A stretch of 64,000 nt of DNA from an uncultured Candidatus Rokubacteria bacterium (GCA_963805625.1 CAWDVE010000019.1:64001-128000), one strand, 5' to 3'; numbered from the stretch's first letter, positions 27,435 to 38,826 are shown. Numbers and translations are program-made. Notes: generated by a model not told the origin, from the letters alone.

Positions 27435-28448
27435 TCAGCGCCCGTGGACCCGGCTCGCCTTGGCCAGGATGTCCTGCGGGATCGTCAGTCCCGCCGCGGC
27501 CGCGGAGGCCACGTTGACCTGGAGCTCGAACACGCGCGGCCGGATGGGGGCCAGCTTGGCCGGATCCGCCCCGAGCAGGATCGGCGCCGCCAGCTGGGCG
27601 GCCCAGAGCATGCCCTGCGCGTACTGGCCGGCTGCCAGGGACGCCACCGCGCCGCGGGCCGGGGCCTGGGGGTCCATGGAGAAGATCGGCAGCTTACCAT
27701 CCTGCGCCGTCTTGACCACGGCCTCAAACGCCGAGGCGACGGTGTTGTCCTGACCCAGGACGAAGGCGTCGACCTTGCCGAGCAGCGACTCGGCCGTCGT
27801 CTTGACATCCGCGCTCCCCGCCACCGTCGCCTCCACCCACTTGATCCCGCGGCGCTCCGCCTCGGCCTTGGCCTGGCGATTGATGGTCACCGAGTTCGAC
27901 TCGGAGGCGTTGTAGATGGCGCCGGCGGTCTTGAGTCCCGGCTGGATCCGAAGGAACAGGTCGAACAGCTCGGCGATCGGGAGCGGGTTGTAGAGGCCCG
28001 TCACGTTGGTCCCCGACGGCCGCTCGACGCTCTCCAGGATGCCGGCCGAGACCGGGTCCGTCACGCAGCCGAAGGCGACGGGGATCTTCCCGCCCTTGGC
28101 GACCCGCACCGTGGCCTGGGCATTCGGCGTGGTGCAGGGCGCGAGGAGGTCGACCGCGTCGGCCACGAACTTCTCCGCGATGTTGCGCGCGTTGCCGACG
28201 TCTCCCTGCGCGCTCTGATAGAGGAAGACCAGGTTCTTCCCGTCCTCGAACCCGGCTTGCTTGAGGCCGTCCACGAAGCCCCGGCGGGTCTCGTTGAGCG
28301 CGGGGTGGTCCACGATCTGGGAGAAGCCGACCTTGTAGACCCGGCCGGGCTGCGGGCCCGTCACCTGGCCGAAGGCGGGGGGGACCGCGAGCGCGAGCGC
28401 CGCCGACAGCGTCCACAGGAGCGTGACTGTCCTCGTCCACGATCGCAT
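27435..28448 (-). CDS. ABC transporter substrate-binding protein (putative Trp/Tyr/aromatic type)
   Basis: ATG 28448 after AAGGAG; signal peptide; QIVDHPALN, AQGD, VTDPVSAG, NVTG, YNASESNS. Confidence 0.9.
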   Translation of the reverse strand: MRSWTRTVTLLWTLSAALALAVPPAFGQVTGPQPGRVYKVGFSQIVDHPALNETRRGFVDGLKQAGFEDGKNLVFLYQSAQGDVGNARNIAEKFVADAVDLLAPCTTPNAQATVRVAKGGKIPVAFGCVTDPVSAGILESVERPSGTNVTGLYNPLPIAELFDLFLRIQPGLKTAGAIYNASESNSVTINRQAKAEAERRGIKWVEATVAGSADVKTTAESLLGKVDAFVLGQDNTVASAFEAVVKTAQDGKLPIFSMDPQAPARGAVASLAAGQYAQGMLWAAQLAAPILLGADPAKLAPIRPRVFELQVNVASAAAAGLTIPQDILAKASRVHGR

Positions 28449-28461
28449 CCGATTCTCCTTC

Positions 28462-29259
28462 TCAGCGTGTGAGCAGCATCCGGTCGACCGACAGCTCTGC
28501 GCCACTAGCTTCGTAGAACTTCGCCACCAGCGTCGCCGCGGTCAGACGTGTCTTGTCGTCGCCCGCGACGTCCAGGATCACCCTGCCCTCGTGCATCATC
28601 ACCAGCCGGCTCCCCCACCGCATCGCCTCGTGCATGTTGTGGGTCACCATCAGCGTCGTGAGGCGACCCTCGGCAACCAGCCGCGCCGTCAGCTGCATGA
28701 CCGCCTCCGCCGTCCTGGGGTCGAGGCTCGCGAGGTGCTCGTCGAGCAGGAGCACCTTGGGCTGCCCCAGGGTCGCCATCAGGAGCGCGAGAGCCTGGCG
28801 CTGGCCGCCCGACAGGGTTCCGACCCGTGCGCCGAGACGTCCCTCGAGACCGAGGCCCACGTCGGCGAGTCGGCGGCGAAACACCGTCCGGCGCGTTTCG
28901 GTGACCGCGCGGCGGAGACCCCGCGACCGACCGCGGCATGCGGCCATGGCCAGGTTCTCCTCGATGGTCATCCCGGCACACGTGCTCTCCTGCGGATCCT
29001 GCGCGATGCGCCCGACCGCCTGCGCCCGGGCATGGGCCGCCTCGCGCGTCACGTCGCGGCCGTCGAGCTCCACGCGACCGGCGTCGGGGGTGACGAGGCC
29101 GACCACCGTCTTGAGGAGCGTCGACTTCCCGGCCCCGTTGGAGCCGATGAGCGTTACGAACTCTCCCGCGCGCACGTCCACGCTGATACCGGCCAGCGCG
29201 GTCACCTCGTTCGCCGTGCCCTGCCCGTAGGTCTTCGTCACGCCGACCAGCCGCAGCAC
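28462..29259 (-). CDS. ABC transporter ATP-binding protein
   Basis: GSNGAGKST, LSGGQRQ, LLLDEH, VTHNM. Confidence 0.95.
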   Translation of the reverse strand: MLRLVGVTKTYGQGTANEVTALAGISVDVRAGEFVTLIGSNGAGKSTLLKTVVGLVTPDAGRVELDGRDVTREAAHARAQAVGRIAQDPQESTCAGMTIEENLAMAACRGRSRGLRRAVTETRRTVFRRRLADVGLGLEGRLGARVGTLSGGQRQALALLMATLGQPKVLLLDEHLASLDPRTAEAVMQLTARLVAEGRLTTLMVTHNMHEAMRWGSRLVMMHEGRVILDVAGDDKTRLTAATLVAKFYEASGAELSVDRMLLTR

Positions 29260-29272
29260 GGCCGCCCCTCTC

Positions 29273-30196
29273 CTACCGGCTGGCCACCGTGAAGCGGAGC
29301 CGCGGCAGCATCAGGGCGAGGAGCAGGAGGGCCGCGGTCACCAGCCGGAGGTCGGTCGGCTGGAGTCCGATCCGGAGGGCCAGCGCCACCAGGAAGCGGT
29401 AGATCACCACACCCACGATCGCGGCTACGATCCACCAGCCGACGGTGCGGTCGCCGAAGATCGCCTCGCCGATGAGGACGGCCGCCGCGCCCGTCACCAG
29501 CACCCCGATCCCCATGCCGATGTCGGCGAACCCGTGGTTCTGGGCGACCAGCGCGCCCGAGAGCGCGATCACCGCGTTCGAGATGGCGAGCCCCAGGACC
29601 TTCGTCCGGTCGGTGTCCACCCCGAGCCCTCGGATCATCGCCTCGTTCTCGCCCGTCGCTCGGACCGCGAGCCCGAGGTCCGTCCGGAAGAAGGCGCCGA
29701 GCGCGCAGGCGACGGCGACGAGGACGACGACCAGCACGAGAATGGTCGCGAGCGGGCCGGCCCGAAGCGGGAGGCCGAGCGCAGCCAGAGCGGCGACGGC
29801 GTCGTCGAACACGGAGCCGGTCGCGAGGAGCGGCGTGTTCGAGCGGCCCATGACGCGCAGATTCACCGAGTAGATCGCGGTCATCACGATGATGCCCGCG
29901 ATGATGTTGTTGATCCGGAGCTTCGTGTGGACGAGCCCGGTGATCGCGCCCGCGGCCGCCCCGGCCAGCGTGGCGACGCCAGTCGCGACGAAGGGGTTGA
30001 CACGCCCGACGAGCAGCGCCGCCACGACCGCCCCGCCGAGCGGATAGCTTCCCTCGGCCGTGAGATCGGGAAACCGGAAGAACCGGAACGAGATGAGCAC
30101 CCCGAGGCCGAGGAAGGCGAAGAGACACCCTTGCTCGAGCATGTTGACCACGAGCGAGGAAACCTGGGGCGAGCTCAGCCAGCCGATGATCGCCAA
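29273..30196 (-). CDS. ABC transporter permease (putative Trp/Tyr type)
   Basis: EQG...FPDLTAEGSYPLG, YSVNLRVMG, RATGEN, GFADIGMGIG. Start approximate. Confidence 0.9.
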   Translation of the reverse strand: MAIIGWLSSPQVSSLVVNMLEQGCLFAFLGLGVLISFRFFRFPDLTAEGSYPLGGAVVAALLVGRVNPFVATGVATLAGAAAGAITGLVHTKLRINNIIAGIIVMTAIYSVNLRVMGRSNTPLLATGSVFDDAVAALAALGLPLRAGPLATILVLVVVLVAVACALGAFFRTDLGLAVRATGENEAMIRGLGVDTDRTKVLGLAISNAVIALSGALVAQNHGFADIGMGIGVLVTGAAAVLIGEAIFGDRTVGWWIVAAIVGVVIYRFLVALALRIGLQPTDLRLVTAALLLLALMLPRLRFTVASR

Positions 30197-30380
30197 CTCC
30201 TCCCGGGTCTCACTGCCGGCGGGTAACGTCGGAGGCGCGCTGCTCGAGCAGCGGGGAATGCCGGCGCGCATGCGGCGGCAGTATACTGGCGGCGTTCCGA
30301 CGAAGGCAACCGGCTTCCGGGGTCCACCGGCGCGCCCCCGGAGGGGCCAACCCGACCCGTCCGCATCGTCGAGGAGGCTC

Positions 30381-31706
30381 ATGCAGGCCGATCTCCGCGC
30401 GTTCCTCGACGTCCTCGACCGGCACGGCCGGCTCGTCCGGCTGCCACGAACGGTCCATCCCCACACCGAGCTCGGCGCGCTCGTGATCGAGGCCGAGCGG
30501 CGTGGCCAGGCCGTCCTGTTCGAGTCGGTGCAGGGCTCGGCGATGCGGGTGGCCGCCAACCTCGCGGGCGACCGGACGATGCTGGCCCTCGCCCTCGGCG
30601 TCGAGCCGGGCGAGGCCGTCCCGGCGTTCCTCGAGCGGAGCCGCCGCCGGATCCCGCCGGCCCTCATGGGAGAGGCGCCGGTCCAGGACGTCGTCCTGAC
30701 CGGCCAGGAGGTGGATGTCCGGCGCCTCCCGCTCGTGGTGCTCTCCGAGCACGACGCGGCGCCCTACTCGACCGCCGGGCTCGTCATCGCGAAGGATCCC
30801 GATACGGGGATCCGCAACGTGTCGTTCAACCGCATGATGCTGCGGAACCGTGACGAGTTCGGGATCCGCATGATGGCGCCCCAGCACCTCGGACAGATCT
30901 ACGACCGCACCACGGCGCGGGGCCGGGCCTTGCCGGTCGCGGTGGCCATCGGAAATCATCCGATCGAGCTCGTCGCCGGGGCCACGACCATCGCCTACGG
31001 CGACGACGAGCTCGCCCTCGCCGGCGCGCTCCGCGGGGAGCCGCTCGAGATCGCCCGGGGCGTGACCGTCGACGTGGAGGTGCCGGCCCGCGCCGAGATC
31101 GTCCTCGAGGGGGAGATCCTGCGGGGCGTGCTCGAGCCGGAGGGCCCGTTCGGCGACTTCATGCAGTTCTACATCCCGGTCACGCCGAACCACGTGATGC
31201 GGGTGACCGCCGTTACCCACCGGCGCGATCCGATCTTCCAGACCATGCACGCCGGCCAGGCCGAGGACACGACACTCCTGGCCATCTCGCGCGAGGCTCA
31301 GCTCTACGAGGCGATCGCCGCAGCCGGCGTCGACGTCCGGGAGGTGAGCCTCACGCCGACCATCCTCGGAGGCGCCATCGCGATCCGGAAGCGCTTTGAG
31401 GGCGAGCCGAAGCAGGTGATGGCCGCCGCGTTCGGCCGCTACCGTTGGCTCAAGGTCTGCGTGGTCGTCGACGACGACGTGAACGTGTTCGACACGGGCG
31501 ACGTCGCCTGGGCGGTCGCGACCCGGGCGCGACTCGCCTCGGGCCTCCTCCACGTGCCCGACGCGCCCGGCCTCCCCCGTGACCCTCACGGGATGCACGC
31601 CGGCAAGCTCGGGATCGACGCCACGATCCCGCTCGGCACGTGGGCCGAGCACGCAAGGAAGCGCGCGCCCGGGCTCGGGCGCGTCCGCCTCGACGATTTC
31701 CGGTAG
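30381..31706 (+). CDS. UbiD family prFMN-dependent (de)carboxylase
   Basis: DLRAFL, KDPDTG.RNVSFNR, VPARAEIVLEG, EGPFGD, VVVDDDVN, KLGIDAT; RBS GAGGAGG. Confidence 0.93.
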   Translation: MQADLRAFLDVLDRHGRLVRLPRTVHPHTELGALVIEAERRGQAVLFESVQGSAMRVAANLAGDRTMLALALGVEPGEAVPAFLERSRRRIPPALMGEAPVQDVVLTGQEVDVRRLPLVVLSEHDAAPYSTAGLVIAKDPDTGIRNVSFNRMMLRNRDEFGIRMMAPQHLGQIYDRTTARGRALPVAVAIGNHPIELVAGATTIAYGDDELALAGALRGEPLEIARGVTVDVEVPARAEIVLEGEILRGVLEPEGPFGDFMQFYIPVTPNHVMRVTAVTHRRDPIFQTMHAGQAEDTTLLAISREAQLYEAIAAAGVDVREVSLTPTILGGAIAIRKRFEGEPKQVMAAAFGRYRWLKVCVVVDDDVNVFDTGDVAWAVATRARLASGLLHVPDAPGLPRDPHGMHAGKLGIDATIPLGTWAEHARKRAPGLGRVRLDDFR

Positions 31707-31952
31707 GGGTGGCCTACGGGTGACGCGGGTCGGCTAGGTCGACGCCCGCATGCGCTCGATCGAGCAGGGGCCGGCCGTGCGTGCCGCCCTCGCGCTCCAG
31801 CGCAGGGTGCCGGTGCAACGCGCGCCCGCGTCTCGGTGTTGCCCGCGGCGGCCCCCGCTGTTTGCCCGCCGACCCGAAGGGCCGTCCGGACCCGCCCGCC
31901 GCGTCATCCTCGTGCCAGGCCCGCGGCGCTATGGTGGGCACCGGCCGGCCGG

Positions 31953-32021
31953 GGAGGCGCCCAGGGCGGGGAGCCGAAGGCGCGCGATGACCAAGAAGAG
32001 CGTTTGCGGCGCCTACGTTCT
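31953..32021. repeat. Dispersed ~68-bp intergenic repeat, copy 1
   Basis: Close match to 49899-49965; bounded by the inverted pair AGGCGCC...GGCGCCT. Confidence 0.8.
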
Positions 32022-32303
32022 CCGGTGTGACGCGGGCAGATTGGCGGGGGCGATCCGCCAGATGGTCTTGAGCTGGCGCGCGGTCGCGGCGCCGCGGACC
32101 GGCGGCGGCATGACGGCCGGTTGGCCGCTGGTACCCCAGATCGCGCCGCTACCGGGATGGCTCGGATCGGGCTCGGCGCGGGCGCAGGTGCCGGCGCCGC
32201 CTGCCCGCGCCGTTCTGGTACGATACCCGCCCGGGGGCGCCGGGCCCGCGCTCGGCAAGACCCCTGTCCACCTCGGTCGCGTCGTCGTGTCTAAGGAGGC
32301 CGC

Positions 32304-32624
32304 ATGTTCTTCGAGCTGAGGCAGTACGTCGTCCGTCCCGGGCAGCAGAAGGCGTGGGTGAAGTGCATGGAGGAGGAGATCATTCCATTCCAGGTGAAGA
32401 TGGGCATGGTCATCCTCGGCTCGTTCGTGGGCGAGGAGGACCCGAGCGTGTACGTGTGGATCCGTCGCTTCGAGAGCGAGGCCGAGCGCAAGCGGCTCTA
32501 CGACCTCGTCTATCAGAGCGACTACTGGAAGAACGAGATCTCGCCCAGGATCGGCACGTTCATCGACCGCGAGCAGATCAAGGTCCAGCGCATCGTGGCC
32601 ACGCCGCACTCGGTCATCCAGTAG
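32304..32624 (+). CDS. NIPSNAP family protein
   Basis: MFFELRQY..RPG, YVWIRRFESE; RBS AAGGAGG. Confidence 0.9.
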   Translation: MFFELRQYVVRPGQQKAWVKCMEEEIIPFQVKMGMVILGSFVGEEDPSVYVWIRRFESEAERKRLYDLVYQSDYWKNEISPRIGTFIDREQIKVQRIVATPHSVIQ

Positions 32625-32832
32625 CATGCGGCTGAGCCTCGCCGGGGGACCGGGAGCGGGGGAAATGGTGTGTGGCCGGCGCGGGCGGTGTCAAGGATCA
32701 AGGACGGCACCGGGCGGCCGTTGCGCCCCGACTAGGGAGTCCTCAGGTGAGGGCAGGGAGACGCGGCTGGCCGGACCCGCCGCTGCGGACTCTGGGAGAG
32801 AGATGCGCTCGAGGTTCCTCCGACGGAATCGA

Positions 32833-32866
32833 GGCGGGCGACCGAGAAGGGTCTCGACCGCCCGCC
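32833..32866. terminator. GC-rich hairpin between convergent NIPSNAP gene and ahcY, possible terminator
   Basis: GGCGGGCG-AC-CGAGA-AGGG-TCTCG-AC-CGCCCGCC; no U-tract. Confidence 0.4.
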
Positions 32867-32916
32867 GGACTTCGCCTGGCACCCCCAAACTCGCGTCCGG
32901 TGGCGCCTAGCCGCGC

Positions 32917-34344
<1,428 letters not shown>

Positions 34345-34374
34345 CGCGCCTCCTTTCTCTACGAGCAAAAGATT

Positions 34375-34448
34375 CGCGAGCGCCGTTGCCGGTCGAACCC
34401 CGAGCCTGGCGAGCACCACCCGGTGCCCGTTGCAACGCTCCTCGGAGA
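34375..34448 (-). ncRNA. SAH riboswitch
   Basis: Minus strand reads CCGAGGAGCGTTGCAAC-hairpin-GCCAGGCTCGG...CAACGGCGCTC, matching the SAH riboswitch consensus, immediately 5' of ahcY. Confidence 0.92.
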
Positions 34449-34775
34449 CGGAGCGATTCTACCAGACCCGGTCTCCGGCGTCAGGCGGCTCCTTCCACCA
34501 CGACCCTCAGGCGCGTCGGCTTGAAGGCGTGACAGGGGTCCGCCGGCTGATCAGATCGCAGACTTGGATCGTGCCGATCGGGGATGGGCGGCCGGGTCCT
34601 GCGGAGATGCGCGCCCTGGTGAGGCGCGACGAGCCGATCTATTCTGGTCGGGAACGTTCCGGGAATCTCCCTCAGGTGCGGGGGCACCGGGGCGCTGCGC
34701 CACGAGAGGAGTTGCTGACGGCCCGTCGGCCGATGCCATGCTGATCCTCACCGCCGACAGCACGGCCGTTTGACG

Positions 34776-35564
34776 ATGCCGCCCCTGCGCCGCGCCAGCC
34801 AGCTCCGGGATCTCGTCGCCTTTCTCGCCCCTCTTGGGCTGGTTGTCGTGGTCTGGGCTGGGGCCGTCGCGATCTTCCACGTCGACACGCGCGTCTTCCC
34901 GGGCGTGGGCGACGTGTTCGGCGCCGCCGTGGACTCCGTGCGAGACGGCAGCCTCGCGCGCCACGTCGGGCAGAGCCTCCTCCGGGTCGTGGTGGGCACG
35001 TCCCTCGCGATCGCCGCCGCCATCCCGCTCGGCGTCGCCATGAGCGTGAGCCCTGTCGTGGCGTCCATCCTGGCCCCGCTCTTCCGCTTCTTCTCGGTGC
35101 TCGCAGGGATCGCCTGGATTCCCATCGCGACGCTCTGGTTCGGCTACGGCTTCGGCGCGATCACCTTCGTGATCTTCAACGCGGTGTTCTTCGTGGTCAC
35201 CTACAACACGCTGCTCGGCGTCGCCTCGATCCCGCGTCCCCTCCGCCACGCGGCGGCCTCGCTCGGGGCCGGACGCTGGCGCATGCTGACGGAAGTGCTC
35301 CTCCCCGGAGCCTTGCCGAACATCGTCACCGGGGTCCGCACCGGCATGGGCTTCGCTTGGCGGGGGCTCATCGCGGCCGAGATGATCGCCACCAACGCCG
35401 GCCTCGGCTACATGCTCTTCGTCGCGCGGGACTTCTACCGGACCGAGGTGATCGTGTTCGGCATGGTCGTGATCGGGTCGCTGTGGCTCCTGATCGACCG
35501 GCTGCTCTTGGCCCCGCTCGAGCGGGCGACGATCGAGCGCTGGGGCCTGGTGAGACGCGCATGA
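34776..35564 (+). CDS. NitT/TauT family ABC permease
   Basis: IAWIPIATLWFG, AAASLGA, LPGALP, AWRGLIAAEM. Confidence 0.93.
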   Translation: MPPLRRASQLRDLVAFLAPLGLVVVVWAGAVAIFHVDTRVFPGVGDVFGAAVDSVRDGSLARHVGQSLLRVVVGTSLAIAAAIPLGVAMSVSPVVASILAPLFRFFSVLAGIAWIPIATLWFGYGFGAITFVIFNAVFFVVTYNTLLGVASIPRPLRHAAASLGAGRWRMLTEVLLPGALPNIVTGVRTGMGFAWRGLIAAEMIATNAGLGYMLFVARDFYRTEVIVFGMVVIGSLWLLIDRLLLAPLERATIERWGLVRRA

Positions 35565-36397
35565 GCCTCACCCGCGGCCAGCCCCTGCCGGCGCCGCTGC
35601 CGTTGCGGGCGTGGTCGCTCTACATGCGGTGGACGACGCGAGCCCCCGGAGTCCGCGCGCTCCTCCCGTTCCTTCCCATCATCGCGGCGTGGGGACTGAT
35701 CGCAGAAGCCGGGATCTTCCCGCGCGTCTTCTTTCCGGGCCCGGCGGAGGTCGTCCGCTCGTTCGCGAGCCTCCTCTACAAGGGCATCCTGCCCGAGTAC
35801 CTCGAGGACAGTGTCGTCAGACTGGCCCTGGGGGCCGCCGCCGGCACCACGCTGGGGATCCCGCTCGGCGCCCTCATCGGCCTCTCGCGCCGCGCCCACG
35901 CCCTCGTCTGGCCTGTGCTCCTCTTCTTCCAGGCCATCGGCGACATCGCGTGGCTGCCGATCCTCCTGATCTGGTTCGGCTTCGGGCTCACGACAATGAC
36001 GTTCGTGCTCGTCTACACCGTGCTCTTCCCGGTCGTCCTCAATACCGCCCTCGGCGTGCGCTCGGTGCCGCTCGAGCTGACGCGGGCCGCCCAGAGCCTC
36101 GGCGCCTCGCAGCTGCGGATCTTGTTCGAAGTGACCCTGCCGGGCGCGCTCGCCAACATCGTGACCGGTCTCCGCAACGGCCTGGGCTATGGCTGGCGCG
36201 CGCTCATCGCGGCGGAGATGATCGTGGGGACCAGCGGGATCGGTTTCATGATGTTCGACGCCCGGCGCGCCGGGTCCGTAGTCGAGATCCTGGTCGGGAT
36301 GATCGTGCTCGGACTGCTCTGGTACGTCGTCGACGGCTGGGTGCTAGTGCCCCTCGAGCGCGCCACGGTCCAGCGCTGGGGGCTCGTCACGCGATGA
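35561..36397 (+). CDS. NitT/TauT family ABC permease (second)
   Basis: ATGA overlap with the upstream gene; IAWLPILLIWFG, AAQSLGA, GWRALIAAEM. Confidence 0.93.
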   Translation: MSLTRGQPLPAPLPLRAWSLYMRWTTRAPGVRALLPFLPIIAAWGLIAEAGIFPRVFFPGPAEVVRSFASLLYKGILPEYLEDSVVRLALGAAAGTTLGIPLGALIGLSRRAHALVWPVLLFFQAIGDIAWLPILLIWFGFGLTTMTFVLVYTVLFPVVLNTALGVRSVPLELTRAAQSLGASQLRILFEVTLPGALANIVTGLRNGLGYGWRALIAAEMIVGTSGIGFMMFDARRAGSVVEILVGMIVLGLLWYVVDGWVLVPLERATVQRWGLVTR

Positions 36398-37152
36398 GCA
36401 TCCTCGTCGTCGAGAACCTCAGCAAGACGTACTTCGATCCGTACGCCGGGGCGCACGTCACCGCCGTCAACGGCGTCTCGCTGGAAGTCCGGCCGGGCGA
36501 GTTCGTCTCCATCGTCGGCCCGTCGGGCTGTGGGAAGACCACCTTGCTCAACATGATCGCCGGCTTCGTCCCGCCCTCGGACGGGCGGATCGTCCTCAAC
36601 GGGCGTGTGGTAAGCGGCCCTGGTCCCGACCGCGGCGTCGTCTTCCAGTCTTTCGCTCTATTCCCGTGGAAGACCGTCCTGGACAATGTCGCGTTTGGCC
36701 CGAAGATGCGAGGTGTCCCACGCGGCGAGCGCGAGCGGATCGCCCGCGAGTATGTTGCGTTGGTGGGGTTGGCCGGCCAGGAGGATCGGTATCCCAACGA
36801 GTTGTCAGGCGGGATGCAGCAGCGTGTCGGTGTGGCGCGCGCCCTCGCCAACAGCCCCGAGATCCTCCTCATGGACGAACCGTTCGCCAGTGTCGACGCC
36901 CAGACCCGGATGACCCTCCAGGAGGAGTTGACGCGGATCTGGCAAGCTCGTCGGCCGACGATCCTCTTCGTCACGCATGACGTGGACGAGGCGGTGTTCC
37001 TCGCCGACCGGGTCGTGGTGCTGTCGAAGGGTCAGGTGCTGGCCGAGCTCCCCGTCACGCTCGAGCGCCCGCGCCACTGGGAGGCACTCGTCGAGCACGC
37101 TGACTTCAAGGCCCAGGTGGCGAAGGTCCTCGGCCTCGTGAGAAGCGCATGA
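36394..37152 (+). CDS. NitT/TauT family ABC ATP-binding protein
   Basis: GPSGCGKTT, LSGGMQQR, LLMDEPF, VTHD. Confidence 0.95.
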   Translation: MSILVVENLSKTYFDPYAGAHVTAVNGVSLEVRPGEFVSIVGPSGCGKTTLLNMIAGFVPPSDGRIVLNGRVVSGPGPDRGVVFQSFALFPWKTVLDNVAFGPKMRGVPRGERERIAREYVALVGLAGQEDRYPNELSGGMQQRVGVARALANSPEILLMDEPFASVDAQTRMTLQEELTRIWQARRPTILFVTHDVDEAVFLADRVVVLSKGQVLAELPVTLERPRHWEALVEHADFKAQVAKVLGLVRSA

Positions 37153-37165
37153 CAGGGGGCCAGGG

Positions 37166-37507
37166 GTGAGGGGGCTACGCGCCATCGTGGCCTCGCGGAG
37201 GGGCCGGATCGCGGTCGCGGCGGTCGGGTGCTATCTCATCTGGCAGGCGTGGCTGACGGTCCGGGCGCCGACCAAGCTCGCCCCGGCCCTGCGCGCGGCG
37301 GGGACGGCGCGCGTGGACGTTCTGGTCACGCTGCCGTTCCCACCCGAGCGCTTCCACGTGCTAGCGTTCCAGAAACACGGCCGGGTCTCAGGGACGCAAG
37401 GCCATCAGATCGAGCTGCGCGGTGTAAGACGCGTCGACCTGACGTCGGTCGCGCGCCCATACTGGGTGAAAGCCATAGATCCGCTGCCAACAGGGAGGGA
37501 ACCATGA
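37166..37507 (+). CDS. Small membrane-anchored hypothetical protein inside the ABC operon
   Basis: N-terminal TM, LPFPPERFH...GRVSG; ATGA overlap with the downstream SBP. Confidence 0.75.
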   Translation: MRGLRAIVASRRGRIAVAAVGCYLIWQAWLTVRAPTKLAPALRAAGTARVDVLVTLPFPPERFHVLAFQKHGRVSGTQGHQIELRGVRRVDLTSVARPYWVKAIDPLPTGREP

Positions 37508-38568
37508 TCCGAGTCCTACTCGCCACCGTGCTCGCACTCCTGGCCGTCGGGCCCGTCCCATTGTCCGCTCAGCAGCCCCCCGTGAAGGTGACAGCCGGCA
37601 TCGTGGCGGCCATCGACCAGCTCGGCATACCCATCGCGCTCGAACGCGGTTTCTTTGAGAAGGCGGGGCTCGATGTCACCATCGCGCGCCCGTATGCCAC
37701 CGGCGTGGACGAGCTGAACGCCCTGCAGGCCGGTGAGATCCAGCTCGGCCAGGTGGGTGTGCCCATGATCGGCGCCGTCTTGCGCGGGATGGACCTCGTC
37801 GTCCTCGGCAACTACTCGGGCGCCGCCGCTCGCCTTGGTTCCGACACGACCATGGCGGTCATCGCCCGTGAGGGAGCCGGCATCGTCAAGGGGCAACCCC
37901 CGAGCCTTCGCGGCAAGCGCATTGCGGCCTCGTTCGGGACGATCAACCACCTCTACCTCCTCGGTCTGCTCGACAAGCACGGGCTCACGCCCAACGACGT
38001 CACCCTCGTTAACACGCCGCCGCCGGACATGACGGTGGCGCTCCTGGCGAAAGGGATTGATGCCTTTAGCGCCTGGGACCCTTGGCCCATCGTGGCCCAG
38101 AAGGACGTGCCGGGCGCGTTCGAAGTGGTCCGCGGGGGGGATGTCATCGGCTTCCTCGGCTTCAACGTCGCCGTGCGGAGCTGGGTGGCCCAGAACCAGG
38201 GCACAGTGGAACGGTTCCTCATCGCCGTCTCCGAGGCCGACAAGTGGATGCGGGCGAATCCCAAACTGGCGGCCCAGGTGGCCGTGCGCTGGATCCCGGG
38301 CCTCAAGCCCGACGTCGCCGACGCGGCCATGCAGTACAACATCCAGCAGGTCGACCGCCGCCTGTCCGCGCACAACTACCGTGCGCTATGGGCTGCCCAG
38401 GACCGGCTGCATCGGCTCGGGCTGATCAAGTCCACCTTCGACGTGAACAAACACGTCGAGCCCGGCCCGATCCTCAAGGTCATGCAGACCCGCCCCGATC
38501 TCTTCTCCGATCTCGCCCCGATCCCGGCGAATGCAGCGATCGCCCCGGGATGGGTGTTCCAACCGTGA
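37504..38568 (+). CDS. NitT/TauT/SsuA-type substrate-binding protein
   Basis: ATG 37504 after GGGAGG; signal peptide; ERGFFEKAGLDV, LRGKRIA, IDAFSAWDPW. Confidence 0.92.
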   Translation: MIRVLLATVLALLAVGPVPLSAQQPPVKVTAGIVAAIDQLGIPIALERGFFEKAGLDVTIARPYATGVDELNALQAGEIQLGQVGVPMIGAVLRGMDLVVLGNYSGAAARLGSDTTMAVIAREGAGIVKGQPPSLRGKRIAASFGTINHLYLLGLLDKHGLTPNDVTLVNTPPPDMTVALLAKGIDAFSAWDPWPIVAQKDVPGAFEVVRGGDVIGFLGFNVAVRSWVAQNQGTVERFLIAVSEADKWMRANPKLAAQVAVRWIPGLKPDVADAAMQYNIQQVDRRLSAHNYRALWAAQDRLHRLGLIKSTFDVNKHVEPGPILKVMQTRPDLFSDLAPIPANAAIAPGWVFQP

Positions 38569-38826
38569 CCCTGGGGACGGTGAAGGGTCCGCACGGAGCG
38601 GAGAGGCACTGGTGAGGTGACTGCTGCGACGGCCTCGCCGGCCGGGCTCCTCGACGCAGACGACGCGGTCGGAGAAGCAGGCGCCGCCGCCCGTCGCGAC
38701 TGGCGGGAAGAGAGATCGACAAGGAGTCCATGGGCCGGCTCTTTACGGCGGTCGCCGCCGCGAGGAAGTGACGGGAGGCCAGGCCGGCGGATCCCAGCGC
38801 CAGAGCGGAGGCGAAAGGAGAAGACC

